A stretch of 64,000 nucleotides of DNA from Felis catus (lineage: Eukaryota). The notes below the pieces were generated by a model, which searched no databases, had not been told where the DNA came from, and was given only the letters and a program-made list of their open reading frames with translations. The first letter of the stretch is position 1, and every line of letters starts with the position of its first letter. Positions 12,483 through 25,848 of the stretch are shown in pieces. The position numbers and the translations under genes were made by a program. The stretch spans positions 52,888,001-52,952,000 of the forward strand of contig NC_058368.1 in the NCBI RefSeq assembly GCF_018350175.1. Reading direction: 5' to 3'.

Positions 12483-15454
12483 AAAAGATTCAGAAGGTAT
12501 AGATTTGAATCCCATGTTTAGGAAAATTTACTTAAATTTTAAAAATCCCAACTTTCTTATCTGTAGCCTAAGGGTAATATCTATAATCTAGGTTAATGAG
12601 AGAATTAAAGGAGAAAGTAGATGGTACATAGTAGTCACTTAAGTTGTTTTTTTCTGCTGAATTTCATTCTAGCAAAGAGCTTTAGTTTTTTTCCCCATAA
12701 ATCATGGAGAGCCTCTGCTATCTCGTCTTAACTTGGTACCTTCTTTGGTACACCTCGTATCATCAGAGGGCTTTCTTCTGCTTTCGACATTACTCAAGGA
12801 TTCAGCCACAGAATGACCTAAACTTTCTGAACAACCGGGAATGAGTAAAGTAAGATCACACTGAGGGCCTTCAGTCACAGCACTTAAGAGATGGGGCCTC
12901 CACCTACCAGTGAGGGGGGTTAACTCCACGGGTTGATGCTCAAATATGGAGGAAATCCAGATGCCACAAGGGGAAGAAGGAAACAAGAGGCTCAAGATGA
13001 CAAACACAGCATTCAGTTTTGCTGGAATCTTCCCTGCCTGATGGAATCAGGTTGATGTTCATCCATTCTGATTCTGTCTTTTGGTCCTATCTGCCTGGAA
13101 TGATACCCATAGAAAGGACATTAACCCACAGTCCAAATTCTCCAAGTCACAGTTAAAGCAGCTAAGGCCCATGAAAATGTCCAGAATCATAAACAGTCAA
13201 GACAAGAACCCAGGCCTCCCACCTCCCCAAAATGGCCTCTTCCTCAAATTAGTGTCTGATTTCCTGTACTAATTGAATTAGCTGTGTGATAAATTCAGCA
13301 ATTTGCTTTTAATGCCATATAATCACAGTTTCACAAGTATCTGTTTTCCAGATGCCTAAAGAGGCATGCGGACCTATGGAGGTGCCTGTAAGAAAATGCA
13401 AATGAAATAGTCCAGTGTGGGCAGGGCGATTATGGGCACTCCCTAACTGCTAAATGAAAACACTATCCACCCAGGCCCTCTCTATGCATTCACTTCTTGC
13501 CACAGACCTTTCATTTCTTTCCTAATGGCTTTTGCACAGTAAGAAGTACACTCATCAATAATGCACATTTTTCAGGCATAGTAAAAATGTTTGTGAAAGG
13601 CTATTAACGCAAAACCAAAATGCCCACATTGCAAACACTAATCCCCCATTTATTTTAACATTTTTTTCCTTGAAAGTACTTAAACCTGAGTCTGCATTAA
13701 AAAAAAAAAATCCAATAGAAAAAAAGGTCAATTGAAGGACTAGCAAAAGTGCACCCATTTGAAAGCCTTAGACGTTCAGGAATTTGGCCAATAGATAATG
13801 TTGGTTTCTTTGATTTTAAAAATCACATAGGTAATTTCTTTTAGAGTTGATATGAGGGACGATAAAAATACTCATGAGCTGAGATCCAACGTGAAAAGTT
13901 CTCAAAGAAGAGTACATTTTTACTGTGGAGTTATAAAGCCCAAGAAAAGTAGGGTGTATAATGGGAAAAGTGACAAACCCTTGACACTATAGTGGGGATG
14001 GTACCATTATAACGAGAGAAACTATTGCTTGGAACCAGAACAGCTATATTCTTCTCTCAGCTTCTACAGTCCCCACACCCCTGGAGTACCATTCGAGACA
14101 GTGATGAACTGTGGTCTCAATTCCCTTATTAGCTGTAAGACCTAAAAATTATATGTGCAATTAAAAGGCAAAATGCTGATATTACTCATAGGAAGCCCTT
14201 TGTACATTAGCAAGGTACAAAAGTCTGCTGACACTTTGCAACAGAGATAGTCAGCAGGGCAGAAGATTAATAGAGCCTCATAAATTTGCAGGGTGAATAC
14301 AGTAGATGGGGCAGAATAAGCATGTTGTGTTAGAGATAAATAAAGGGCATGGTCAGCTTGACAAAACATTTAACAAGGAACACAACCAGTCCTTCTATGC
14401 AATTTGCTTGGCTAGCATTAGTCCGTTTTATATAACCACACATAATTACCCCACAGCAGTTGCTGTACATGTCACAGAGGCCTCCAGCATGACCACGAGA
14501 AGGAGTACAGGAAAGACACCAATTCTGATGGGCTGCACATTATGTCACGCTGCTCCGTCCCGTTATATTCCTCGTTCAAAGGCCTTGACGGCAGCTGTGG
14601 CATCACACGCACCATGCCACTGTTCTCCTGGGATTAATGGGCTGCAATCTCATTTCTCTGTGCTTGAAGCACTTGAACGAAAACAAGGGAGAGTACCAAA
14701 ATTCCCAAGCTACACGGTCCAGGAAATCCCTGTAAAGCGACTTGTCATGATTATTTCTGGGATCTCTGTGATAGGGACTGGTTTCATTTTTAAAAACAGA
14801 CGTGTCTAATGAGTTCGTTAAATTGAGCTCTAGCCACTCTTGCCTTGTGATTGCCAGCTTACGGAATGCAATTTGTTTTTGTATGATATGTTCATTAGAT
14901 ACGGGGGAACCTCAAAGGATTTCAAATTTACTTTCCCTTTGAAATGATTCCCAAGGGAAGGAGCTTATTTTTAATGACAATATTTGAAACACGATATGAA
15001 AATTCCTCTTGGGGGTAACCTGCCTTGCAAGGAATTTGCTATTTGCTGGTTCTAGTAGAGCTTGTCCCCTCCTAACCCGCAGATCGTGTACTCATTGAAA
15101 AAGGCCTACACCCTGACTATGTGCTATGCTGGTAAAACATGCAGCAAGATACAGTGCTTTGTGGGACAGGAGGTAGCCACAAAGGGAAATTTAGCTTCTA
15201 AGTAGCTAGTTGGGTCTGAGAACAATGATCATGTGGAGCTGCAACTGTCAAAATCAGTCTAAGACTTTCCCATGTGAAAAGATGGCACCGAGGACCAGGA
15301 GATCTGTGCTGAGGCCATGAGAATAGTCTGTCTTAAGCAGAATACTAGTCAAGTTTTAAGGAAATAGTTTTAGGGCACTTGCTTTCCTACACAACTTATT
15401 CATTTGTGTTCCAGGACTTATTTTGGAAGACGAATCTGGTTGAAGATTGGCCAC

Positions 15455-15648
15455 CATGGTGGTGCTTTCCAGAAGTTTCTAGCATAAGGACTATCCAAGG
15501 AACTTATTAACTATGCAGTTTTTTTATCCCTTCCACCTAGAGATTCTGTCTCAGCACGATTGGGGTGGGTCAAGAAATCTGTATTTTTAGTAACACCCCA
15601 GGTAATAATGATGTTGGCAGTCAATGGGCATCCTTTTTGAAATCCTGC
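15455..15648. mobile_element. MER5B-like hAT MITE
   Basis: AGAGATTCTG...GGGGTGGGTCAAGAAATCTGTATTTTTAGTAACACCCCAGGTAAT. Confidence 0.7.
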
Positions 15649-17829
15649 AATAGGTTGTTAGGAGAGATAGCAGACATTGGAGGAATTTTCAGGTGCTCTA
15701 AATCCTTTGTTTCCTCTGATGGAGCTGGCAGACCTATATAGATGGTGGTCCTCCCTAGGAGTCAGTTTGCATGCCATTTGCATTCAGTAAGACCCAACTT
15801 GCTATAAGATTTGTATATGAGAATTAACAGGTTATTTTTCCTCTCTCTGAGGGATATTATGGGACTCCAAGAAAAAAACCCTCCATGCATGCCTCAGGGC
15901 TGTGATTTGTATGAGTTAGTCCTCTGTCTAAATTTGGGAGTTGTATTGAAGTCCAAGCATTAGAGAGTTTAGTCACTTAGGAATAAAAATGAGGAGGCTA
16001 AAAGGCCAAGGAAGAAATGGACTATACTTGAAAAAATATTTATCTTTTAAAGCACATTGATAAGATAATATTGTTTATGATATGGTTCCTCAACAAAAAG
16101 GTGTTTTTTTTTTTTAAGGGAATCTAGATATGGAAATCCAATGGAACTTTTTTTTTTTTAAGTTTCACGTGCATTTTTTATAGTCCAGCAGACAAACTTT
16201 CCAGAACCCTCTTTTGCAGTGACAGGGGATTATAGCCACACAAGACTCCCTGCTTACAGATTCCTCCTCATGCATACTACATGCATAAGCATCCCAACCA
16301 GCTACCTGATGAGTTCCTTTTCATAACATGATTTTCTTGACCATGGTGGTCTAATAATGTAGCAAACACTTGTTTTGTTTCTACCTCGTATTCTGTTTCT
16401 CTTTTTTTCTCTGAGGCATATTGGCATTGGGGGTAATCTGCTTAAATTGCTGGTCTTTGGATTTCGACTTCTGGATGAGCAGATCTGGATTTAGGAACTG
16501 TTGCAACCTAAATGTCAATGAGAACCCTTTAAGAGATCTTGGGTTGAACATTTTACCTTGGCGCCCTACTTAACAAGAACAATACTCTCATCTCAAACTT
16601 CCATATTCTGTTATTAGTAAACAAGACTGCATTATTTGAAAGCCTTTTTTTTTCTCCTTTCAATTTATGAACTAAATAATGCACCCTCACTGAGGGAGTA
16701 GGCTTGCCACAGACTTATTGCGAGTAATGTTAAGGAACCGCAGCCATTCACATGTTTAAATAAGGTCGCTAATCAGACTGAACGTTGTTCACTGTGTTCT
16801 GTATCCTCTTGGCAAAAGCCTCATCTAAAAATAACATGACATTCCATTTATAGGAGCCTGGGCACTTGCTACTTCAAGATGAATGGCATTTCAAAATCCA
16901 AGTCCCTTGTTAACCCTCGTAATCTGCTCCAAATATAACCGTTTTGACCAAGTATTTGGAAGGAATAAAAATAAATCTCTCTTGACATTCAACCCCATGG
17001 AGATTAGGAACGCTCCTCTCTCTCTCTCTCTCCCTGTTGCTCGTGTAAATGCACATACACGCACATATTGAAAACAGACTAAAACAACTTTTAAACAATA
17101 CATAGGTTAAAGGTGGTGGTAAAAAGTCAATACAATTTAAGAAATTTAAATAAGTTGAAATAAGAGAAAACTATGTATCCTGGACCATATGACATGAAGC
17201 CTGAGAAATTCAGGCTTTAAAGAATAAAATGATTATTATATCAAAGTTTTATTCTGTCACTGAGATCTGACAAAGGTGAGCTTCATTGTTAACTATTAGA
17301 AATACAAAATGTGAAAATAATGGTTCATGTTTGGAATTGACCTTACGTAAGATTAGTTATCTCTCCATCCACTATGAAGACACCTTCTAAAACATTCTCC
17401 CAAGGTAGCTTATTCACCTGCTGTTTGGGCCTATTCAGTGATAGGGAGTTCACAAAACAGCCTCACTTGTTAACTAGTTCTGCCACCAGCTCTTTTTTAG
17501 ACTGGAGGGGTTTTGCACCAAATCATTAGACTTGGAAAGATTATAAAAGCTGCTTCTTTTGACTGAAAGCAAAGGCTCGTGTGCTTGGGCATGCAGAAGA
17601 ATGATTCTTCCAAAGGGATGGACTTGGAAACCATCATTTTGACCACATTTGGATATTGAACACTCTTCAACTCTTCAGCTCCCTCATCCGGGCCCCTTGC
17701 ACTTTATCAGTAGCAGATATCTAACTTGATATTATAATTATTTATGAAATGTGTGTTTCCTTCAATAAGATTCATTAATGGTAAGGATGGCAACTTGGTC
17801 CCTACAGAATCTAACATGCTCAGACATTC

Positions 17830-18890
17830 ATGTAACAAAAAAATTATTGAACACATCACTAGGCTCTGAGGTCATAAATGGGAGTAGATCCTGCCCTCAA
17901 AGAATTTATCTTCTAATGAAGGAAATAATCAAGCAAATTGATTATTATAGAACAATATAGTAAGGACTATGATGATGTGATCTACAGGTATGAGTGGGGA
18001 TGTGGATAAATACTCATATAAATGTAAATGTAAATCTAAATTAAATTCCACAGTGGGTTTTTTGAAGATGGACAAGACGAGATCACGTTTGATCACAGAA
18101 TCCCTCTAATTTGGTCTACTTATTAAAGTCTTGCAGGCAATATTCCTCAGCATGCAGTCAGGAGATGAAGGGCTAGAAGAGTAGGCAGAGTCCTGGAAAT
18201 TAGGTATTTTTTACGCTTCAAATTTAACCCGAATCTGTCAGGTATTATTAAATGATTTTTTTGCAGGGAAATAATGAGATAACTTTTGTACTTTCAGAAA
18301 TAACATTCTGAGAGACGCACAGAGAGTTCATATCGTCTAGGAGAGAAGCGAGCAGCCTTGAATTAAGGTGCCAACGATGGGAATGGCTGGAAAGGAAAAG
18401 GTAGGGGAGGTATTTAGGGGGAAGCCTTAGGCTTCAGTAACTGAGTGAAAGTGTCAGGGTGACTGGTAAGAGGGAGGCACTGCCAGTGTTTTCATTGGAG
18501 GGGCTAGGAGGATACAGATGGCGTAAGCTGAAAGAGGGGCATGTCTGTAGGAGGGGAACCAGCAAATTCAGGTTTGGGTCTGCCGAGTCTAAGGTACCTG
18601 TGTGATGGCTAGGTAGAGAAGCCAGGAGAGCAGTTGAATAAATGTGTTCCACAGAGCGGTTTAAACTGTGGGAATGGGTTCAGAAATCCAAAGTGGCAGT
18701 TGAAGCCATGGATTTGGATGAAGTCACCAAAAGCAAAGTGTTCAGAGGAAAGCAACAAAAAAGGAAAGAATAGGGCTGAGAACAAAGATCTAAGGAAGTA
18801 AGGTTAAAGCAGCAAGTGGAGAAAGAATTGCTTAAAGTTGAGCACCAGCGAGGTGGGAGTGACATTGGGAAATAATGGTGTCATAGAAAT
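17830..18890 (-). mobile_element. L2 fragment(s)
   Basis: Purine-rich antisense L2 motifs: CCTGCCCTCAAAGAATTTAT, TCAGGTTTGGGTCTGCCGAGT, GTTGAAGCCATGGATTTGGATGAAGTCACC. Confidence 0.7.
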
Positions 18891-19545
18891 TTTAATGGGT
18901 GTGCAAGCATAGGAATTCCTGCCTGGCTGGTAGCTCCTTTCACAGTGATCTTCTTTCACAGCTCCCTGCCGGGGAAGCAGCCCTAGGCGGTTCATCATCC
19001 AGGTACATAGATGAGTATGTTCTGGGCTACATGATTTTTCACCCAAGACCAGCCAATTTGTAGGTCAGCCTAAGTTCTGAAAGGAAGTCCTTTGTAAAAA
19101 ACCTTACCCAAATGGGTCACTAGTGACCAGGAGGTAGGTAGGATTCTCTTTATCAGGGATCTGGGGTTATACAGAGAGAGGGGGCAGCAGGTGTTGTTAT
19201 GGGTTGAATTGTGTCTTTCCAACCTCACACGTTCTAACCACACACATTCGTATGTTGAATCTCTAAACCCCAGTGCCTTAAGAATGTGACCTTATCTGGA
19301 AATAGAGTCATTGCAAATGTAATAGTTAAGATGAGGTCATACTGGAACAGGGCCTTTAATCCAATGACTGGTGGCCTTATAAGAAGGGGGAATTTGGATA
19401 CAGGTAGCATGTTAAGATGAAGGCAGACACTGAGGTGTTGCTTCTACGAGGCAAGAAACACCAAAGATTGGCAGCAAACCACCAGAAGCTGGCGCAGAGG
19501 CATAGAACAGATTCTCCCTCACAGCCTTCAGAAATAACGAACCCT

Positions 19546-19972
19546 TAGTATCAAAATCTATAAAGAGCTTACCAAACTCAACACCTAAAAAACAAATAAT
19601 CCAGTGAAGAAATGGACAGAAGACACGAAGAGACCCTTTTCCAAAGAAGACATCCAGATGACTAACAGACACATGTAAAGATGTTCAACATTGCTCATCA
19701 TCAGGGAAAGAGAAAGGGGAGCCATCTTGTACCATTGCTGGGAATGCAAACGGGTGCAGCCACTCTGGAAAACAGGTGGGGGTTCCTCAAAAAATTAAAA
19801 ATAGCACTACCCTGCGACCCAGCAAAAGCACTACTAGGAATTTATCCAAAGGATACAGGAGTTCTGATTCATAGGGACACATGTACCCCAATGTTTATAG
19901 CAGTGCTATCAACAATAGCCAAATTATGGAAAGAGCCCAAATGTCCATCGATGGATAAATGGATAAAGATGT

Positions 19973-20050
<78 letters not shown>

Positions 20051-20474
20051 CACACAATGGAATACTACTCAGCAATGACAAAGAATGAAATCTTGCCATT
20101 TGCAAAAATGTCGATGGAACTGGAGGGTATTATGCTAAGAGAAATAAGTCATTCAGTAAAAGACATATATCTTCACTCATATGTGGAATTTGAGAAACAA
20201 CAGAAGACCATAGGTGAAGGGAAGGAAAAATAAGTTACAAACAGGGAAACAAACCATGAGAGTCTCTTAAATACAGAGAACAAACTGAGTATTGATGGGG
20301 GGGGAGGGTAAAATGGGTGATGGGAATTGAGGAGGGCACTTGTTGGGTGGGATGAGCACTGGGTGTTGTATATAAGTGATTAATCGTGGGAATCTACTCC
20401 CAAAGCTAAGACTACACTGTATACGCTGTATGTTAGTTAACGTGACAAGTAAATTATTTAAAAAAAAAAAAGAA
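19546..20474 (+). mobile_element. 5'-truncated carnivore L1 (ORF2 C-terminus and 3' UTR)
   Basis: LLGIYPKD...CTPMFIA...WKEPKCPS peptide, poly(A); diverged TSD (12/16) at 19530-19545 and 20475-20490; internal deletion near 19708. Confidence 0.93.
19975..20050. repeat. (TA)n microsatellite inside L1
   Basis: Directly visible. Confidence 0.97.
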
Positions 20475-20848
20475 AGAAAGAATCAATCCTGTTGACACCT
20501 TGATCTCAGACTTTCGGGCTCCAGAACTGTGAGGTAATAAATTTCTGTTGTTTAAGCCAGTCTGTGGCACTTTATTTATTTTTTTTCCAGGAAATTCAAG
20601 TTCAATTTTCTTTTTCTTTTTTTTTTCAATATATGAAATTTATTGTCAAATTGGTTTCCATACAACACCCAGTGCTCATCCCAAAAGGTGCCCTCCTCAA
20701 TACCCATCATCCACCCTCCCTCTTCCTCCCACTCCCCATCAACCCTCAGTTTGTTCTCAGTTTTAAGAGTCTCTTATGCTTTGGCTCTCTCCCACTCTAA
20801 CCTCTTTTTTTTTTCCTTCCCCTCCCCCATGGGTTTCTGTTAAGTTTC

Positions 20849-23800
20849 TCAGGATTCACGTAAGAGTGAAAACATATGGTATCCGTCTTTCTCTGTATGG
20901 CTTATTTCACTTAGCATCACACTCTCCAGTTCCATCCACGTTGCTACAAAGGGCCATATTTCATTCTTTCTCATTGGCATGTAGTACTCCATTGTGTATA
21001 TAAACCACAATTTCGGGGTGCCTGGGTGGCTCAGTCGGTTAAGCGGCCGACTTCGGCTCAGGTCATGATCTCGCGGTCCGTGAGTTCGAGCCCCGCGTCA
21101 GGCTCTGTGCTGACAGCTCAGAGCCTGGAGCCTGTTTCAGATTCTGTGTCTCCCTCTCTCTGACCCTCCCCTGTTCATGCTTTGTCTCTCTCTGTCTCAA
21201 AAATAAACAAACGTTAAAAACAAACAAACAAAAAAAATAAACCACAATTTCTTTATCCATTCATCAGTTGATGGACATTTAGGCTCTCTCCATAATTTGG
21301 CTATTGTTGAGAGTGCTGCTATAAACTTCGGGGTACAAGTGCCCCTATGCATCAGTACTCCTGTATCCCTTGGGTAAATTCCTAGCAGTGCTATTGCTGG
21401 GTCATAGGGTAGGTCTATTTTTAATTTTCTGAGGAACCTTCACACTGTTTTCCAGAGCGGTTGCACCAATTTGCATTCCCACCAACAGTGCAAGAGGGTT
21501 CCCGTTTCTCCACATCCTCGCCAACATCTATAGTCTCCTGATTTGTTCATTTTGGCCACTCTGACTGGTGTGAGGTGATATCTGAGTGTGGTTTTGGTTT
21601 GTATTTCCCTGATGAGGAGCGACGTTGAGCATCTTTTCATGTGCCTGTTGGCCATCCGGATGTCTTCTTTAGAGAAGTGTCTATTCATGTGTTCTGCCCA
21701 TTTCTTCACTGGGTTATTTGTTTCTCGGGTGTGGAGTTTGGTGAGCTCTTTACAGATTTTGAATACTAGCCATTTGTCGGATATGTCATTTGCAAATATC
21801 TTTTCCCATTCCGTTGGTTGCCTTTTTTTTGTTGGTTGTTTCCTTTGTTGTGCAGAAACTTTTTATCTTCACGAGGTCCCAGTAGTTCATTTTTGCTTTT
21901 AATTCCCTTGCCTTTGGGAATGTGTCAAGTAAGAAATTGCTACGGCTGAGGTCAGAGAGGTCTTTTCCTGCTTTCTCCTGTAGGGTTTTGATGGTTTCCT
22001 ATCTCACATTCAGGTCCTTTATCCATGTTAAGTTTATTTTTGTGAATGGTGTGACAAAGTGGTCTAGTTTCAATCTTCTGCATGTTGCTGTCCAGTTCTC
22101 CCAGCACCATTTGTTAAAGAGACTGTCTTTTTTCCATTGGATATTCTTTCCTGCTTTGTCAAAGATTAGTTGGCCATACATTTGTGGGTCTAGTTCTGGG
22201 GTTTCTATTCTATTCCATTGGTCTATGTGTCTGTTTTTGTGCCAATACCATGCTGTCTTGATGATAACAGCTTTGTAGTAGAGGCTAAAGACTGGGATTG
22301 TGATGCCTCCTCCTTTGGTCTTCTTCTTCAAAATTACTTTGGCTATTTGGGGACTTTTGTGGTTCCATATGAATTTTAGGATTGCTTGTTCTAGTTTCGA
22401 GAAGAATGCTGGTGCAATTTTGATTGGGATTGCATTGAATGTGTAGATAGCTTTGGGTAGTATTGACATTTTGACAATATTTATTCTTCCAATCCATGAG
22501 CACGGAATATTTTTCCATTTCTTTATATCTTCTTCAATTACCTTCATAAGCTTTCTATAGTTTTCAGCATACAGATCTTTTACATCTTTGGTTAGATTTA
22601 TTCCTAGGTATTTTATGCTTCTTGGTGCAATTGTGAATGGGATCAGTTTCTTTATTTGTCTTTTTGTTGCTTCATTATTAGTGTATAAGAATGCAACTGA
22701 TTTCTGTACATTGATTTTTGTATCCTGCAACTTTGCTAAATTCATGTATCAGTTCTAGCAAACTTTTGGTGGAGTCTATCGGATTTTCCATGTATAATAT
22801 CATGTCATCTGCAAAAAGTGAAAGCTTAACTTCATCTTTGCCATTTTGATGCCTTTGATTTCCTTTTGTTGTCTGATTGCTGATGCTAGCACTTGCAACA
22901 CTATGTTAAACAACAGCGGTGAGAGTGGACATCCCTGTCGTGTTCCTGATCTCAGGGAAAAAGCTCTCAGTTTTTCCCCATTGAGGATGATGTTAGCTGT
23001 GGGCTTTTCATAAATGGTTTTTATGATCTTTAAGTGTATTCCTTCCATCCTGACTTTCTCAAGGGTTTTTATTAAGAAAGGGTGCTGGATTTTGTCAAAG
23101 GCCTTTTCTGCATCGATTGACAGGATCATATGGTTCTTATCTTTTCTTTTATTAATGTGATGTATCACGTTGATTGATTTGCGAATATTGAACCAGCCCT
23201 GCATCCCAAGAATGAATTCCACTTGATCCTGGTAAATAATTCTTTTTATATGCTGTTGAATTCGATTTGCTAGTATCTTATTGAGAATTTTTGCATCCAT
23301 ATTCATCAGGGATATTGGCCTGTAGTTCTCTTTTTTTTACTGGGTATCTGTCTGGTTTAGGAATCAAAGTAATACTGGTTTCATAGAATGAGTCTGGAAG
23401 TTTTCCTTCCCTTCCTATTTTTTGGAATAGCTTGAGAAGGATAGGGATTATCTCTGCTTTAAACGTCTGGTAGAACTCCCCTGGTAAGCCATCTGGTCCC
23501 GGACTCTTATTTGTTGGGAGATTTTTGATAACCGATTCAATTTCTTCGCTGGTTATGGGTCTGTAAAAGCTTTCTATTTCCTCCTGATTGAGTTTTGGAA
23601 GAGTGTGGGTGTTTAGGAATTTTTCCCTTTCTTCCAGGTTGTCCAGTTTGTTGGCATATAATTTTTCATAGTATTCCCTGATCATTGCTTGTATTTCTGA
23701 GGGATTGGTTGTAATAATTCCATTTTCATTCATGATTTTATTTATTTGGGTCATCTCCCTTTTCTTTTTGAGAAGCCTGGCTAGAGGTTTATCAATTTTG

Positions 23801-24905
23801 TTTATTTTTTCAAAAAACCAACTCTTGGTTTTGTTGATCTGCTCTATAGTTTTTTTAGATTCTATATTGTTTATTTCTACTCTGATCTTTATTATTTCTC
23901 TTCTTCTGCTGGGTTTAAGCTGTCTTTGCTGTTCTGCTTCTATTTCCTTTAGGTATGCTGTTAGATTTTGTATTCGGGATTTTTCTTGTTTCTTGAGATA
24001 GGCCTGGATTGCAATGTATTTTCCTCTCAGGACTGCCTTTGCTGCATCCCAAAGCATTTGGATTGTTGTATTTTCATTTTCGTTTGTTTCCATATATTTT
24101 TTAATTTCTTCTCTAATTGCCTGGTTGACCCATTCATTCTTTAGTAGGGTGTTCTTTAACCTCCCTGCTTTTGGAGGTTTTCCAGACTTTTTCCTGTGGT
24201 TGATTTCAAGCTTCATAGCATTGTGGTCTGAAAGTATGCATGGTATGATTTCAATTCTTGTATACTTATGAAGGGCTGTTTTGTGACCCAGTATGTGATC
24301 TATCTTGGAGAATGTTCCATGTGCACTCGAGAAGAAAGTATATTCTGTTGCTTTGGGATGCAGAGTTCTAAATATATCTGTCAAGTCCATCTAATCCAAT
24401 GTCTCATTCAGGGCCCTTGTTTCTTTATTGACCGTGTGTTTAGATGATCTATCCATTTCTCTAAGTGGAGTGTTAAAGTCCCCTGCAATTACCACATCTT
24501 AACAATAAAGTTGCCTATGTTTGTAATTGTTTTATATATTTGGGGGCTCCTGTATTCGGGACATAGACATTTATAATTGTTAGCTCTTCCTGATGGATAG
24601 ACCCTGTGATTATTATATAATGCCCTTATTCATCTCTTGTTACAGCCTTTAATTGAAAGTCTAGTTTGTCTGATATAAGTATGGCTACTCCAGCTTTCTT
24701 TTGACTTCCAGTAGCATGATAAATAGTTCTCCATCCCTTCACTCTCAATCTGAAGGTGTCCTCAGGTCTAAAATGAATCTTTTGTAGACAGCAAATAGAC
24801 GGGTCTTGTTTTTTTTATCCATTCTGATACCCTATGTCTTTTGGTTGGCACATTTAGTCCATTTATGTTCTGTGTTATTATAGAAAGATATGGGTTTAGA
24901 GTCAT
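20849..24905 (-). pseudogene. L1 ORF2p (endonuclease, reverse transcriptase, C-terminal domain), disrupted
   Basis: Starts MTLNPYLSIIT..NINGLN; contains [53 protein letters not shown] (about 22800-22825), [21 protein letters not shown]. Split by frameshifts and a SINE insertion. Confidence 0.95.
21015..21236 (+). mobile_element. Young SINEC_Fc inserted antisense into L1 ORF2
   Basis: Near-consensus; perfect TSD ATAAACCACAATTTC at 21000-21014 and 21237-21251. Confidence 0.98.
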
Positions 24906-24955
24906 TGTGATGTCTGCAGGTTTCATGCTTGTAGCGATATCTCTGGTACTTTGTC

Positions 24956-25848
24956 TCACAGGATCCCCTGTAAGATCTCTTGTAGGGCTGGTTTAGTGGT
25001 GATGAATTCCTTCAGTTTTTGTTTGTTTGGGAAGACCTTCATCTCTCCTTCTATTCTAAATGACAGACTTGCTGGATAAAGGATTCTGGGCTGCATATTT
25101 TTCTGTTCATACATGGAAGATTTCCTGCCATTCCTTTCTGGCCTGCCAAGTTTCAGTAGAGAGATCGGTCACGAGTCTTATAGGTCTCCCTTTATATGTT
25201 AGAGCACGTTTATCCCTCGCTGCTTTCAGAATTTTCTCTTTATCCTTGTATTTTGCCGTTTCACTATGATATGTCATGCAGAAGATCAATTCAAGTTACG
25301 TCTGAAGAGAGTTCTCTGTGACTCTTGGATTTCAATGCCTTTTTCCTTCCCCAGATCCGCGAAGTTCTCAGCTATTATTTCTTCAAGTCCACCTTCAGCA
25401 CCTTTCCCTCTCTCTTCCTCTTCTGGAATACCAATTATATGTAGATTATTTCCCTTTAGTGCATCACTTAGTTTTCTAATTTTCCCCTCATACTCCTGGA
25501 TTTTTTTATCTCTCTTTTTCTCAGCTTCCTCTTTTTCCATAACTTTATCTTCTAGTTCACCTATTCTCTCCTCTGCCTCTTCAATCCGAGCTGTGGTTGT
25601 CTCCATTTTATTTTGCAGGTCATTGATAGCCTTTTTTTTAGCTCCTCCTGGCTGTTCCTTAGAGCCTTGATCTCTGTAGCAAGAGATTCTCTGCTGTCCT
25701 CTATACTGTTTTCAAGCCCAGCGATTAATTTTATGAGTATTATTCTACATTCACTTTCTGTTATATTGTTTAAATCCTTTTTGATCAGTTCGTTAGCTGT
25801 TGTTATTTCCTGGAGATTCTTTTGAGGGCAATTCTTCCGTTTCGTCAT
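24956..25848 (-). pseudogene. L1 ORF1p (coiled coil, RRM, CTD), disrupted
   Basis: MTKRKNCPQKN..., RIEEAEERIGELED, IIGIPEEEE, KGRPIRLVTDLS, ends EFITTKPALQEILQGIL*; frameshift in an A-run near 25635 and in-frame TGA stops near 25275-25288. Confidence 0.92.

Noticed and set aside
14306..14809. 167-aa ORF, the longest outside repeats
   Set aside because: No recognisable homology or domain; a chance ORF over a probable non-coding element is the simpler explanation
21588..24271. Several plus-strand ORFs of 85-118 aa
   Set aside because: Antisense frames of L1 ORF2
20849..25848. Retrotransposition-competent L1
   Set aside because: Multiple frameshifts, nonsense codons and a SINE insertion disrupt both ORFs
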